64,000 bases of DNA, taken from Phycisphaerae bacterium. GTDB taxonomy: Bacteria; Planctomycetota; Phycisphaerae; UBA1845. Under the pieces are notes generated by a model that worked only from the letters and a program-made list of their open reading frames with translations, did no database searches and was not told the DNA's origin. Within the stretch, counting starts at the first letter, position 1. Each line of letters begins with the position of its first letter. Below, in pieces: positions 9,279 to 20,207 of the stretch. Made by a program: the position numbers and the translations under genes. The stretch spans positions 8,828 to 72,827 of the forward strand of contig CAXXKI010000002.1 of the NCBI GenBank assembly GCA_963667855.2, written 5' to 3'.

Positions 9279-9678
9279 CTCCACAGTTTCCTCCGCCCTA
9301 TAAACGTGAACCATGACCACCCTTTTGCCGTAAAAAATTGTCTCCAAATCGAATCAGAAATCGTAAATCGCCGTTTTTGACCCCGTGAGCCTCGTCATCA
9401 AAAAACGAAAAAAATATTTTTCTGAATAATCCGTGGCCCCGTCGAAAATCTTCACTCCGCCTGCCGAGTACTGGAGCCGAATATCCGGCAGCTTTCCATA
9501 CGCCGTAATACTCGGGCAGCCAATCTCCCCCCTGGACTTGCCTCCCTGACCGCGATTTGAACCAAAACATGCCCTTTAATTTTTCAAAGCTCCATTGTCT
9601 TTCTTCCAGTATCGCGTTAACGTCCAAAATATTGGCACACTTCACGAACCGGCATTCTAAGCGCAGGAGGCTCGCAAG

Positions 9679-10686
9679 ATGCACGTCATCCTGAAGCAGC
9701 ACCAACTCACACGATACCGCCAGATCTCTCCTCACGCGCCGGGGCATGCGAACATAAAAACTCTAGCAGCGTGCCTGATACTTGTCGGGGCTATCGGAAT
9801 ATGCTTTTGGTTATTAACTGGGAATTCCAAAACCCCGAATTCACCGCAGGCAAGTGATCGCAAAGTAAACAATAAACAAACTTCGGCATCGGTAACCGCC
9901 TCTTCCTCTACCACACTGAATTCCCAATCCCGCAACGAATCCCTTCTCGATAACTGGGCGGCGGGAATATTCACCCGCCTGCGCTCGGGGGATATTCGTA
10001 CCCGGTTGGACAGGTACATGACGATTGATGACCGCGTTTCTTTAACAAACCAGCAGAGTGAATCGTTGAAAACAAAGTTGACCAACTTCTTGTTCGCATA
10101 CTCAGGCACCGACTTTGCAGACTATTTAAAGTTCAGAAACCCAGCCACTATGGCGGGTAAGGATAATCCAGAAGTACAGAAAAAACTGAAAGCGGCCGCC
10201 GCCGGCTGGAATAACACCTGGGGCTCGCCCCCCACCGATTCCGTGTCCTTCATGAAAGCCAGCTGGCGAATGTTCATCCACGGAGAAATGAAACCTATCC
10301 GCAAAGGACCGGCAATCGATTTTATCGACTGGTGTTCCAGTAAAACAACTATCAGCAAACTCAAACCAGGCGACGTAACGTTAGATGAATGGAATGGAAC
10401 ATCCGGAACGAATTCACATTTTTACAAACAGTTCATCGCCGACAACGGGAGATCCATAAATCCAATCATAGCTAACTTGGGTATCCCCAATAAAAACTCC
10501 GTTGAAACGATCTTGAAACGGGATGAGGAGATAGTTTTCGCTGATTTCACGGTTATTTCGAGCGCAGCCGACGCCCCCCCGCACCCCATCCTGTTGCGAT
10601 TCGTCTGGGACAGTGAAACGCGCGACTGGCTGCCGCTAAACGCCATGAAACTCTGGAACAACCCGCTTAAACCATTTGTCTGGTAA
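9679..10686 (+). CDS. Hypothetical N-terminally membrane-anchored protein.
   Basis: 335-aa ORF with AGGAGG 9 nt upstream of the ATG. One TM segment (LAACLILVGAIGICFWLL) followed by a Ser/Thr-rich linker. I recognise no family. Confidence 0.5.
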   Translation: MHVILKQHQLTRYRQISPHAPGHANIKTLAACLILVGAIGICFWLLTGNSKTPNSPQASDRKVNNKQTSASVTASSSTTLNSQSRNESLLDNWAAGIFTRLRSGDIRTRLDRYMTIDDRVSLTNQQSESLKTKLTNFLFAYSGTDFADYLKFRNPATMAGKDNPEVQKKLKAAAAGWNNTWGSPPTDSVSFMKASWRMFIHGEMKPIRKGPAIDFIDWCSSKTTISKLKPGDVTLDEWNGTSGTNSHFYKQFIADNGRSINPIIANLGIPNKNSVETILKRDEEIVFADFTVISSAADAPPHPILLRFVWDSETRDWLPLNAMKLWNNPLKPFVW

Positions 10687-10768
10687 GTGGTTCTTTTATG
10701 CGATTATCAGGATAACAGCCCCAGTTGGGCTTTTACAGCACATACCACTTTTGATAGCTGAGAAAGCA

Positions 10769-11554
10769 ATGAAAACTAACCCACCACAAATCGACAGGTA
10801 TCTCAGGGGCTTCACCATGGTTGAACTGCTCATGGTTATTGCCATTATCGGCTTGCTTATTGGATTGCTTATACCCACGCTATCCCGAAGTCGGCGGCAG
10901 GCCAGGCTGATCACCTGCGGAGCCAACCTGGGAAGCATGGGGCGAGGGTTACTGGTTTACGCCGGTGACGGATCCGGGCGGTTTCCTTATAACGGTGATT
11001 CCTGGGAAGACGCCACTAATACCTTCACGGCCGTTCAAATCCCAACCTCGTTCGCATGGGTAAACTCCCTGCAGCGGTCGATGGGAAAAAGTCAAAAACC
11101 CTGGCTCAACCCTTTGCGCTGCCCCAATGTTCGGGATATCCCCTCCTGGCATGAGACACCCAACTTCGACGAACCCGGCTCGTCCTGGTATCTTAACTGG
11201 TATTGCTCCGGTCGCTCGATCTCTTCCATCCCATCGCCGGCCGACGGAGTACTGCTCCTCGAATCCGGGCGTTGGAGCAAAATGTCCAGTCAGACCGGCT
11301 GCTTGTCTTTCCCCCAGGAACCATGGATGTATCCCCACCCATCAGGCTTTCTCACATCGGGAGAAAAATTGACTGGTTGGGATAGCTGGCTCACTCGGCG
11401 TAAATCACAACCGAAACGAAACATTCTCTTCTGCGACTGTCATGTGAACACCTTCGCCGCCAAAACCTGGGCCACCGGCGATCAGACCGCAGACGCCGAC
11501 AGAATCAAGCACATGAGATTCGGATTACCCGGACAGAATGCTCTCGACCCCTAG
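10769..11554 (+). CDS. Prepilin-type N-terminal cleavage/methylation domain protein, DUF1559 (H-X9-DG) family pseudopilin.
   Basis: RGFTMVELLMVIAIIGLLIGLLIPTL prepilin motif. C-terminal ILFCDCHVNTF, which is H-X9-DG-like. The start is taken at MKTNPPQ, upstream of the cleavage motif. Confidence 0.85.
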   Translation: MKTNPPQIDRYLRGFTMVELLMVIAIIGLLIGLLIPTLSRSRRQARLITCGANLGSMGRGLLVYAGDGSGRFPYNGDSWEDATNTFTAVQIPTSFAWVNSLQRSMGKSQKPWLNPLRCPNVRDIPSWHETPNFDEPGSSWYLNWYCSGRSISSIPSPADGVLLLESGRWSKMSSQTGCLSFPQEPWMYPHPSGFLTSGEKLTGWDSWLTRRKSQPKRNILFCDCHVNTFAAKTWATGDQTADADRIKHMRFGLPGQNALDP

Positions 11555-11859
11555 GTAATAGCACAACAAAAACGCCGACACACCAGATATTGGGTTTCAA
11601 GGATTCGCACACCACATACATCTCCGCTCACACCTCAGTATAAGAACAGGGTTCATTTCCACTTAACACTACCCCCTCATTCCAACCTTACGCGACAAAA
11701 TAGGATATATTTCGCTCCACCTGCCAACATTTTCGATGCTATTCACAATCGATTCCGATAAAATACCTGTAGGCATTAACCAGAGAGAGACTGTTCTGCC
11801 TGATGAGGGATTTCGAAAGGAATTTCGATCCATCATTTCAATTTGAGAGAGAGAGAGGG

Positions 11860-12945
11860 ATGAAAATGTTCAGATTTTCAACAACCGCGGTGATCGGTAC
11901 GATTTCACTTTTTACACTATTGGTTTTCGCCTTACCTGCGCCGGCTGAAGTAACCATCTACGATCTCGGAACCCTCGGAGGCACAACCAGCAGTGCTTTC
12001 GATGTCAACAACTCCGGAGAGGTTGTAGGCATTGCCACATTACCAGGCGGAAGGAAACGGGCATTCTCCTGGACTATTCACGATGGAATGATCGACTTGG
12101 GGCACTTGGGTGGATCCACCAGCAAAGGTCGAGCCATAAACGAAGCAGGGCAAATCACCGGCCAGGCACAACAGCTCAACGGTGCGTCAGTCGCTTATCT
12201 TGGCAGCGCCGGCAGTTCGCTGATCAACAGGGGATCACTGCCCGGCTACGCACGAAGTTCAGGTAACGGGATTAACAACTACGGTCAGATTGCCGGGATA
12301 GCCTATCAAACCAACACCGATAGTACCCAGGCCGTATTGTGGAAAAACGGAAACGCGACTCGACTCGAAACACTTGGGGGTACAAATGCCGCATGCACCG
12401 ATATCAATGACGCCGGACTGATCACCGGCTGGGCACATAATCCGACAAACCAGCGACGCGCCTCCATCTGGGTAAACGGAATGCCTGTCGAATTACCGGG
12501 AATCGGTGGAACAACGAGTTCCGCTAATGGCCTGAATCAGAAAAATGACATTGTAGGCTTTGCTCAAGACGCCCTCGGAAATAATAAGGCAGTACGTTGG
12601 ACCGGACACCAGGTCTATCAATACGGCACGCTTGGAGGTGCAACATCCGCGGCAGCCGACATCAACAACCACGGAGATATCGTGGGTAATTCCCTTACCG
12701 ATAACGGCGATGTCCATGCCCTGCTGATTCGTAATGGAACCCTTATAGACCTGAACGACCTTCTCCCCGACGGTTCGAATTGGGTATTAAACTACGCGAC
12801 CGCTATCAACGATGCCGGCTGGATCGTCGGACGCGGCATTGCACCCAACGGTCAAACACACGCGTATATGATGATTCCAGAGCCCACAACCCTGGCCCTG
12901 CTGGTAATGGGCGGTTTGTTAACCATCAAGCGCCGGCGCGGTTAG
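11860..12945 (+). CDS. PEP-CTERM-anchored HAF-type extracellular repeat protein.
   Basis: Signal peptide MKMFRFSTTAVIGTISLFTLLVFALPAPA. Repeated GTLGG.TS.A.DINN.G.IVG modules. C-terminal IPEPTTLALLVMGGLLTIKRRRG, i.e. PEP motif, TM segment and basic tail. Confidence 0.85.
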   Translation: MKMFRFSTTAVIGTISLFTLLVFALPAPAEVTIYDLGTLGGTTSSAFDVNNSGEVVGIATLPGGRKRAFSWTIHDGMIDLGHLGGSTSKGRAINEAGQITGQAQQLNGASVAYLGSAGSSLINRGSLPGYARSSGNGINNYGQIAGIAYQTNTDSTQAVLWKNGNATRLETLGGTNAACTDINDAGLITGWAHNPTNQRRASIWVNGMPVELPGIGGTTSSANGLNQKNDIVGFAQDALGNNKAVRWTGHQVYQYGTLGGATSAAADINNHGDIVGNSLTDNGDVHALLIRNGTLIDLNDLLPDGSNWVLNYATAINDAGWIVGRGIAPNGQTHAYMMIPEPTTLALLVMGGLLTIKRRRG

Positions 12946-13155
12946 TCGGGTGAACGCTGAAACGAATTGCCTTGGCGATGTTCGACCGCAAGCATCGCCA
13001 GGGCTGCCACATAATCTCTTATATATCAACATGTTACACTGCTCGCCATTCAGCTTCAACGGAATCTTTACCCGCATTTGCCGCTGTTGCATAACCGTTA
13101 TCTACGCCAAACTAAACAATTTCACATAAATAGTACTTTTTTTGTACTATTTCTA

Positions 13156-13183
13156 TTGACTTTGATAGCCAGCTCGTTAGATA
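13156..13183 (+). promoter_or_regulatory. Candidate sigma70-type promoter for the pnt operon.
   Basis: TTGACT (13156..13161), a 16-nt spacer, then TAGATA (13178..13183), about 45 nt upstream of the pntAA ATG. AGGAGG RBS at 13214..13219. Confidence 0.3.
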
Positions 13184-13228
13184 CTGGTGCCATGTAAGTT
13201 GCAGGTCACTAGTTAGGAGGACTACTTC

Positions 13229-14422
13229 ATGAAAGTAGGAATCTGCAAAGAGACGTTTCCGGGCGAACGGCGAGTGGCAACAATTCCTGACACCGCGGCC
13301 GGTCTGATCAAACTGGGACTCTCGGTATTAGTCGAAACGGGAGCCGGCGTTGAATCTGGTTTTCCCGATTCGAAATACAAGGAAAAAGGTGCCGACATAG
13401 CGGCAAACCGAGCAGATGTGTTTTCCCAGGCGGATATAGTCATCCAGGTTCGTTGTGTCGGCGCGAATACCGACGCCGGACGAGCGGACCTGGAGCTGAT
13501 GAAGCCGGGACAGGTTATTATCGGTTACTCCGAACCACTATCCACTCCTGAACTCGCTCAGGAAATAGCCAATACCGGTGCAACGAGTCTTTCCATGGAG
13601 CTTTTGCCGCGGATCACCCGGGCACAGAGCATGGATACGCTTTCGTCCATGGCAACGGTGGCGGGTTACAAGGCCGTGTTGCTGGCCGCTGATGCTTTAC
13701 CAAAAATGTTTCCCATGTTCATGACCGCGGCCGGAACCATCAAGCCGGCCAAGGTGCTGATCATCGGTGCGGGGGTGGCCGGTCTGCAGGCGATAGCGAC
13801 CGCCAAGAGACTCGGAGCAATAGTCAGCGCGTATGACGTTCGCCCGGCGGTCAAGGAACAGGTGGAAAGCCTGGGCGGCAGGTTTGTGGAGATGGATCTG
13901 GAATCGGAAAACGCCGAGGGCTCCGGCGGATACGCCCGGGCAATGAGCGAGGAGTTTTACCGCAAGCAGCGGGAGTTTATGGCCAGGGTCGTGGCGGAGA
14001 ACGACGTGGTTATCACAACCGCGGCGGTACCTGGGAAAAAGGCCCCCCTGCTTGTTACCAAAGAAATGGTACACGGGATGTCCGCCGGTTCCGTAATCGT
14101 CGACCTTGCCGCTGAACGCGGCGGAAACTGCGAACTGACCAAAGCCGGTGAGACAGTGGTGAAAGATGGTGTCACGATACTGGGTCCGGTCAATTTACCC
14201 GCGACCGTACCCTGCCATGCTAGTCAGATGTACGCTAAAAACCTTCTCACACTGTTAAAGCATTTAACCAGTGAAGGAAAACTGGAATTGGATCTGAATG
14301 ACGAGATAACCCGGGAGATGCTGGTAACTCACGAAGGCGAGGTGGTACAGCCGCGCGTGCGGGAGTTATTGGGTTTACCGGAAATAGTATCCGGCACACA
14401 GGAGGTAGCAAATAATGAATAG
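13229..14422 (+). CDS. pntAA: NAD(P) transhydrogenase subunit alpha, part 1 (dI domain).
   Basis: MKVGICKETFPGERRVATIPDTAAGLIKLG..., Rossmann motif VLIIGAGVAGLQAIATAKRLGA. 397 aa. Confidence 0.92.
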   Translation: MKVGICKETFPGERRVATIPDTAAGLIKLGLSVLVETGAGVESGFPDSKYKEKGADIAANRADVFSQADIVIQVRCVGANTDAGRADLELMKPGQVIIGYSEPLSTPELAQEIANTGATSLSMELLPRITRAQSMDTLSSMATVAGYKAVLLAADALPKMFPMFMTAAGTIKPAKVLIIGAGVAGLQAIATAKRLGAIVSAYDVRPAVKEQVESLGGRFVEMDLESENAEGSGGYARAMSEEFYRKQREFMARVVAENDVVITTAAVPGKKAPLLVTKEMVHGMSAGSVIVDLAAERGGNCELTKAGETVVKDGVTILGPVNLPATVPCHASQMYAKNLLTLLKHLTSEGKLELDLNDEITREMLVTHEGEVVQPRVRELLGLPEIVSGTQEVANNE

Positions 14423-14738
14423 TATTATTCTTCTGGCCGAAAGTACGCCCGTTGACGGCACTTCCCTGGTGATGCTGTTGACCGTATTCGTGCTGGCGAT
14501 TTTCGTCGGCTTTGAGGTTATCACCAAGGTTCCCCCGACGCTGCACACTCCGCTGATGGCCGGCTCAAACGCGGTATCGGGTATTACATTAGTCGGGTCG
14601 CTGGTAGCGGCCGGCGGTGGACATGGGGCGTTATCCACGGGGCTGGGTTTTATTGCTGTAGTGCTGGCCACGGTGAACGTCGTGGGCGGATTCCTGGTTT
14701 CCCATCGTATGCTGGAGATGTTTCGCAAGAGGGACTAA
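14415..14738 (+). CDS. pntAB: NAD(P) transhydrogenase subunit alpha, part 2 (membrane dII-a).
   Basis: 107 aa, 3 TM segments, VPPTLHTPLMAGSNAVSGI motif. Overlaps the pntAA stop by 8 nt. Confidence 0.9.
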   Translation: MNSIILLAESTPVDGTSLVMLLTVFVLAIFVGFEVITKVPPTLHTPLMAGSNAVSGITLVGSLVAAGGGHGALSTGLGFIAVVLATVNVVGGFLVSHRMLEMFRKRD

Positions 14739-14741
14739 GCC

Positions 14742-16241
14742 GTGAATGAAACACTGATCGAAATACTACAATCGAATAAGGTAGTTATCCGTAATCTGGC
14801 GTACCTGCTCGCTTCCTGCCTGTTCATCATCGGGCTCAAGGGGCTTACTCATCCTCGAACCGCGGTTCGGGGCATGCAGCTTGGCGCGGTCGGTATGTTC
14901 GTTGCCATTCTGGCGACGGTGATGGCCAGTGGAATAGTATCGTGGACCTGGATATTAGCCGGCCTGCTGATCGGATCCGTTGTGGGAATTCTCATGGCTA
15001 TCTGGATTCCCCTAACCGACATTCCGCAAATGGTGGCGTTGTTTAACGGGCTCGGCGGAGCAGCCTCCTTCCTGGTGGCAGGCAGCGAACTGGTGTTAAA
15101 CATAAACACCGGCAAGGCAGCAGAAACAACAGTGGTAGTCGGCGAAGCGGTTGCGGCCGGCACCGGTATGCCAATACAGTCACTCGTAGCCATCGCGGCC
15201 TCAGGAATGATCGGCTCGTTGACCCTTTTTGGCAGCCTGATAGCGGCCGGCAAATTGCACGAGGTCAGTTTCAACTGGCGGGGTAAGAAAATATGGATGA
15301 GCAACTCCATGCTCATTCCGGGCAGGCACGCGATAACCGGTGTGTGTTTTGCCGCTTGCCTTGTCGCCTGCACCATGGTGGTTATGAATCCCGATACTTC
15401 GCTGTGGTACTGGGCATTGATCGGATTAGCCGCCATATTCGGAGTGCTGATAACCATCTCCATCGGCGGTGCGGACATGCCGGTAGTGATCGCATTATTG
15501 AATTCCTATTCAGGAATCGCGGCATCGGCTACCGGGTTCGTCATCGACAACACGGTGTTGATTATCGCCGGAGCCCTTGTCGGGGCGTCGGGATTGATAT
15601 TAACCAATATCATGTGCAAGGCGATGAATCGCTCTCTCGCCGCGGTAATGTTTGCCACGATGGAGGGAGGCAGTGGTGATGGACCTTCGGCGGATGACGT
15701 ATACGCCGGTAAGGTGAAATCCACCAGCGCGGAAGAGGTGGCGATGATGTTCGACGGCGCCCAACGGGTAGTTATCGTGCCTGGTTACGGAATGGCCGTT
15801 TCCCAGGCTCAGCATGCGGTGCGCGATTTAACCAACCTGCTCGAATCGCGAGGAACAAATGTGGAATTCGCCATTCACCCGGTAGCTGGTCGAATGCCCG
15901 GGCATATGAATGTTCTGCTGGCCGAAGCGGATATCCCGTACGACAAACTCAGGGAGATGGACGAAATCAATCCCACGCTGGACACGGTTGATGTGGCACT
16001 GGTAATCGGTGCAAACGACGTGGTCAATCCCGTAGCGCGTACCGATCCGAATTCCCCCATCGCGGGCATGCCCATAATCGACGTCGACAAGTGCCGAACG
16101 GTGGTGGTAATCAAACGCAGCCTGAGTCCGGGATTTGCGGGCATCCCCAATCCGCTATTTGCGGCGGACCATACCCTGATGATATTCAACGACGGGAAGA
16201 AAGCCTTTATGGAGCTGGTCGCCGCGGTAAAGGAGAGCTGA
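14742..16241 (+). CDS. pntB: NAD(P) transhydrogenase subunit beta.
   Basis: Polytopic N-terminal half, C-terminal dIII domain with VIVPGYGMAVSQAQHAV and GANDVVNP. GTG start. Confidence 0.92.
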   Translation: MNETLIEILQSNKVVIRNLAYLLASCLFIIGLKGLTHPRTAVRGMQLGAVGMFVAILATVMASGIVSWTWILAGLLIGSVVGILMAIWIPLTDIPQMVALFNGLGGAASFLVAGSELVLNINTGKAAETTVVVGEAVAAGTGMPIQSLVAIAASGMIGSLTLFGSLIAAGKLHEVSFNWRGKKIWMSNSMLIPGRHAITGVCFAACLVACTMVVMNPDTSLWYWALIGLAAIFGVLITISIGGADMPVVIALLNSYSGIAASATGFVIDNTVLIIAGALVGASGLILTNIMCKAMNRSLAAVMFATMEGGSGDGPSADDVYAGKVKSTSAEEVAMMFDGAQRVVIVPGYGMAVSQAQHAVRDLTNLLESRGTNVEFAIHPVAGRMPGHMNVLLAEADIPYDKLREMDEINPTLDTVDVALVIGANDVVNPVARTDPNSPIAGMPIIDVDKCRTVVVIKRSLSPGFAGIPNPLFAADHTLMIFNDGKKAFMELVAAVKES

Positions 16242-16264
16242 TGCGGCTGTATTAGGTTATTCGC

Positions 16265-18784
16265 CTACGACCTGGTTTCCACTGCGTGGAGTTTCTGCTG
16301 GATGGTTTCTATGAGTACCGCCCGGTTAATGGGTTTGGAAACGAATTCGTTACAGCCGGCATTGATACACTTATCTCGATCACCATCCATGGCGTGCGCG
16401 GTGAGGGCAATTATCGCGCCGGTATATCCGGACTGGCGAAGTTGTTTGGTCGTCTGGTAGCCATCCATGACCGGCATTTGCATATCCATCAGGATTAAAT
16501 CGAAGTGCTCGCCTTTCTCCATGGCAGCCATGAATATGTCCAATGCTATTTGTCCGTCATCTGCAGTGATAACTTCCGCACCGGTCTTTTTGAGAATGCC
16601 AACAATAAGGGTCTGGTTAGTGGGATTGTCTTCAGCCAGCAATATGCGATAACCGTTCAGATCGTAGCGACGTACCGGTGAGATAGGTGCTCCCTTGACG
16701 GACACAATGGTTTCCGCAAGTGGTTCGGTGAGCATTTTCGTGCCCTCAAGCGGTCCGGTGGCAACCGTAGCACGAAAGGTACTTCCTGCCCCTTTTTTGG
16801 TGGAAACGATCATGATATCACCACCGAGCATATTGGCAAAACGCTTGCTTATAGTCAGACCGAGCCCCGTACCGCCGAACTCGCGGGTGGTGGAGGCATC
16901 GGCCTGCACAAACGGTTCAAACAGTTTTTCAACCTGGTCTTTGGTCATTCCCGAACCGGTATCCATCACATCGAATTGCATGGAGGGATTATCGCCATTG
17001 CCGATGAAACCAATGGAAAGCCTCACCGAACCCGCATCCGTAAACTTGATGGCATTGCCGATCAGGTTAATCAGGATCTGTCGCAGCCGCGTCGCATCGG
17101 TACGAATAAACTCCGGAACGGCATTGTTATATTCCACGTTGAGTCGCAGGCCCTTGGTATCCGCCCTAACCTGCATCAGGGACATCACCTCTGCCACTAA
17201 CACGCACAGGCGACATTGCCTGTTTTCGACAGTCATTTTCCCCGATTCTATTTTTGACAGATCGAGGATATCATTGATCAGTTCCAGAAGGTACTCACCA
17301 TTGCGGCGGATGGTGTAAATGCAGTTAAGTTTATCCGCATTGGACTGATCGGTATCAAGCAGGTTCTCGGCGAAGCCAAGGATAGCGGTCATGGGCGTAC
17401 GAATCTCGTGACTCATATTCGCCAGAAAAGCACTTTTAGCAAGAGTGGCCGCCTGAGCCAGGTCGTGGGCGTTCTGCAACTCCTCCGTTCGATCGCGAAC
17501 CCTCTGCTCCAGATCCTCGTATGATCGCTGCAGATGATCCGCCATCTGGTTGAAGGTTTTTGCCAGAACACCGATCTCATCGTGTGAATCAACATCCACT
17601 CGCCCATGAAGGTTTTCCGGGCCGAATTTCGCCGTGGCTTCGGTCAGGCGGACAATAGGTTTTACGATTTTCCGGGTCAAAAGCCAGGGCGTGCCTATTC
17701 CCAGGGACACCACAAATAAAAATACTACAGTAACAATACTGATGACTTTTGCTGCCCACGCCGTAAGTATATTCAGATGGCGAGTTAATTCTGTTTCATT
17801 CCTGGCCAACATTTTATCAACGAGCGGAATAATACTCTCGTCAACCAGAATCTCCATTTCGTTTTCGACCTGCTCCCAAGCGACTTGGTTATTCTTTTGC
17901 TGGGCCGAATTGAGAACTTCCATGGCGATCTGGGTGAGTTGCTGATGTTTTTCTTTAATAACCGCCAACGTACCAGACTCTATTGGAGAATTCTCGCCAT
18001 CAGCAAGTGAAATCCATTCATTCAAAACACGCTGGGAATCGTTTTGGGCAATAGTGAGTCCTTTAACCCCGTCGCCGGTGAGAACAATATTAGAGCACTC
18101 TCCAACCTCGCGATTCAACAGGATTAGAAACTGCGCGGCCAACACTACCTGGCGATAATCCGTTTCTATTTCCCGCAAATATTCCGGAGAATGATTCTGA
18201 AAAAAGCTCAACTGGTCGATCCCTTGAACAACCTTTTGAAGGGAAAAGGATAGCTCGTCACTTTGGCCTTTTAGTAACTCATTGGTTTTTGTCAACAAGG
18301 CAGAATCAGCTAAAGGCTTTAGTTTCGCTTTAGCAGTCTCTACTGCCGCCGCTCGTTGTCCGCTATGCGCCAGCTCGATCACTTCCTGCATGACGGGCTG
18401 CATCTGGAGAAAAAGGCGTTTCAATTCCAACAAGTCGGCTGTTTTTTGAGAAGAAAGAGAATTGTTTCCGCAGTGTGCAGTATTTATCCATGATGACAGA
18501 TTTTCCTGAGCGATGCTTTGAGTTTCGCCAAACTCATCTATCTGTTCCGCATCGCCAAAAGCAGTATCAAAGGTTTCCATTATCTGCCTGGTTGTGGCTG
18601 CAGCGAAGTTACTGGCCCAAAAAACCTCTTGAATATCCGTTTTAAAGTTTTCAACGTCGGAATGGAGAGCCCAGTAGGATTTAGTGTTGTTTGCAACAAG
18701 CAATATGGAAACAAACACTAACGGCACGACAAGTAGAAGACATTTTGTTTTCAGGTCTACACGCATGCCACACATCGTTTTCAA
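16265..18784 (-). CDS. Hybrid sensor histidine kinase/response regulator (periplasmic sensor, HAMP, HisKA, HATPase_c, REC).
   Basis: HAMP ([13 protein letters not shown]...FNQMADHL). H-box [17 protein letters not shown]-box [13 protein letters not shown]-boxes DTGSGM and [21 protein letters not shown]...[14 protein letters not shown]. Confidence 0.92.
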   Translation of the reverse strand: MKTMCGMRVDLKTKCLLLVVPLVFVSILLVANNTKSYWALHSDVENFKTDIQEVFWASNFAAATTRQIMETFDTAFGDAEQIDEFGETQSIAQENLSSWINTAHCGNNSLSSQKTADLLELKRLFLQMQPVMQEVIELAHSGQRAAAVETAKAKLKPLADSALLTKTNELLKGQSDELSFSLQKVVQGIDQLSFFQNHSPEYLREIETDYRQVVLAAQFLILLNREVGECSNIVLTGDGVKGLTIAQNDSQRVLNEWISLADGENSPIESGTLAVIKEKHQQLTQIAMEVLNSAQQKNNQVAWEQVENEMEILVDESIIPLVDKMLARNETELTRHLNILTAWAAKVISIVTVVFLFVVSLGIGTPWLLTRKIVKPIVRLTEATAKFGPENLHGRVDVDSHDEIGVLAKTFNQMADHLQRSYEDLEQRVRDRTEELQNAHDLAQAATLAKSAFLANMSHEIRTPMTAILGFAENLLDTDQSNADKLNCIYTIRRNGEYLLELINDILDLSKIESGKMTVENRQCRLCVLVAEVMSLMQVRADTKGLRLNVEYNNAVPEFIRTDATRLRQILINLIGNAIKFTDAGSVRLSIGFIGNGDNPSMQFDVMDTGSGMTKDQVEKLFEPFVQADASTTREFGGTGLGLTISKRFANMLGGDIMIVSTKKGAGSTFRATVATGPLEGTKMLTEPLAETIVSVKGAPISPVRRYDLNGYRILLAEDNPTNQTLIVGILKKTGAEVITADDGQIALDIFMAAMEKGEHFDLILMDMQMPVMDGYQTTKQLRQSGYTGAIIALTAHAMDGDRDKCINAGCNEFVSKPINRAVLIETIQQKLHAVETRS

Positions 18785-19175
18785 AAAACTACTGTAACAC
18801 CTTTTTACCGGTACAATTCACTATCGATTTAGATACAGTTATACGCGCGCTGTCATACCGTAACAGTTCAAGTATACGAACTAAAACCCTCACATACCTA
18901 TCGGCGTGATTAAAATCGATCTGGATTCGTGTTTTATTTGGATAAAATTCGAAACGTTTATTCAAATAGTGAAGTGTCACTTACCGGCCGGGCAATAATC
19001 TGCAGCAAACGGTTTCCTTATCGGTTGCTAGGCACTCATTACCAGTCAGGCTGTTTACTCAAGTCCCATAAACCGAATCCTAACCGATTTCAGTTCAGTT
19101 TATATTTACCAATTTTCCGTTTACCACAACCTGAACTTTCCAGTGTTCATTGCGAAAAAAAAACGCGGTGCAAGA

Positions 19176-20207
19176 TCATCTTTTCCCCGAATCCCGGAGC
19201 CATTGTTCCAGCTTCTGCAGTCCATCCACAATGGAGATTTTCGGCGTGTAATTCAGTTCCCGCTTTGCGGCCGAGATATCGAACCAGTGGTCGGTCGCCA
19301 GCTCTTTGGCTACGAACCTGGTCATGCGCGGTTCGCCGGATCGGCGAAGGGCGAAGTGGAGCAGTTCAAACACGGCTCCAGCGGAGATTGCAGCGAACTT
19401 GGGTATTTTCCTGGTCACCGGGGGCAAGCCGGCAGCTTTCAGGATACCATTGATTATGTCCCATACAACAATCGGTTCATCCTGGCTTACGAAATATGCT
19501 TTTCCCGCAGCCCTTGGATTGCTTACCAGCGCGTCCGCGGCCAGCAGGTGAGCATAGGCGGCATTGTCTATGTAGATAGTATCGACCTTATTATTGCCCC
19601 GGCCTATGATTCGTAGTTTCCCGCCTTTTCCCTGGGCTATTATCCGTGGAACTATATGGTTGTCTCGAGGTCCCCAGATAAGGTGCGGGCGAATGGCAAT
19701 AGTCGAAAGCTTTTCCCCGTCGGCGGCAAGTACTTTGCGTTCGGCGGCCGCTTTACTGGCACTGTAGTTGCTCTGCGGTTGTTCCGGATATGGCACCGAC
19801 TCATCCACGCCCTTCATGGACTTGCCATCAAAAACCACGCTGGGCGAACTCGTAAAAACCAATCGCCCGACACTTTGTTCCCGGCAGGCGGCGATTATGT
19901 TCTCTGTACCCACCACATTGGACTTGTAGTAATCGTAATATTTACCCCACACGCCAGCCTTGGCGGCCACGTGGAAAACCACATCACAGCCGGCGCAAGC
20001 CGCGATAACGCTTTTTCTATCAAACAGGTCCCCCTGCATGCAATCGACGCCCATCTCCGAAAGATCCGGGTATTTACCGCGAGAAAACACCCTGACCGAA
20101 TCTCCGCGGACAAGGAGCTGTTCGGTTATGGCTCTCCCCAAAAAACCACCACCACCCGTCACCAGGGCTTTAAACGGTTTGTGGTTTTCAATTCGGGTTT
20201 CGCTCAT
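19176..20207 (-). CDS. oleD: OleD, NAD(P)H-dependent 2-alkyl-3-ketoalkanoate reductase (3-beta-HSD/epimerase family).
   Basis: KALVTGGGGFLGRAITEQLL Rossmann motif. Position directly after oleC with an ATGA stop/start overlap (20204..20207). Confidence 0.8.
   Translation of the reverse strand: MSETRIENHKPFKALVTGGGGFLGRAITEQLLVRGDSVRVFSRGKYPDLSEMGVDCMQGDLFDRKSVIAACAGCDVVFHVAAKAGVWGKYYDYYKSNVVGTENIIAACREQSVGRLVFTSSPSVVFDGKSMKGVDESVPYPEQPQSNYSASKAAAERKVLAADGEKLSTIAIRPHLIWGPRDNHIVPRIIAQGKGGKLRIIGRGNNKVDTIYIDNAAYAHLLAADALVSNPRAAGKAYFVSQDEPIVVWDIINGILKAAGLPPVTRKIPKFAAISAGAVFELLHFALRRSGEPRMTRFVAKELATDHWFDISAAKRELNYTPKISIVDGLQKLEQWLRDSGKR

Noticed and set aside
9298-9747. 149-aa minus-strand ORF that fills the spacer between the NlpC/P60 gene and the 9679 gene.
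   Set aside because: It overlaps the 5' ends of both neighbours, has no RBS or recognisable domain, and its composition looks non-coding. The region is more likely a divergent promoter.
11800-11831. Hammerhead-ribozyme-like core: CTGATGAG followed by a stem-loop.
   Set aside because: After the candidate stem II (GGA..TCC) there is no GAA(A) core element. No stem I/III pairing with a UH cleavage site could be built either. The 8-mer is expected by chance once or twice in 128 kb of two-strand sequence.
14849-15478. 209-aa minus-strand ORF inside pntB.
   Set aside because: Antisense to a highly conserved transhydrogenase beta subunit. The translation has compositionally biased Ala/Pro/Thr-rich sequence.
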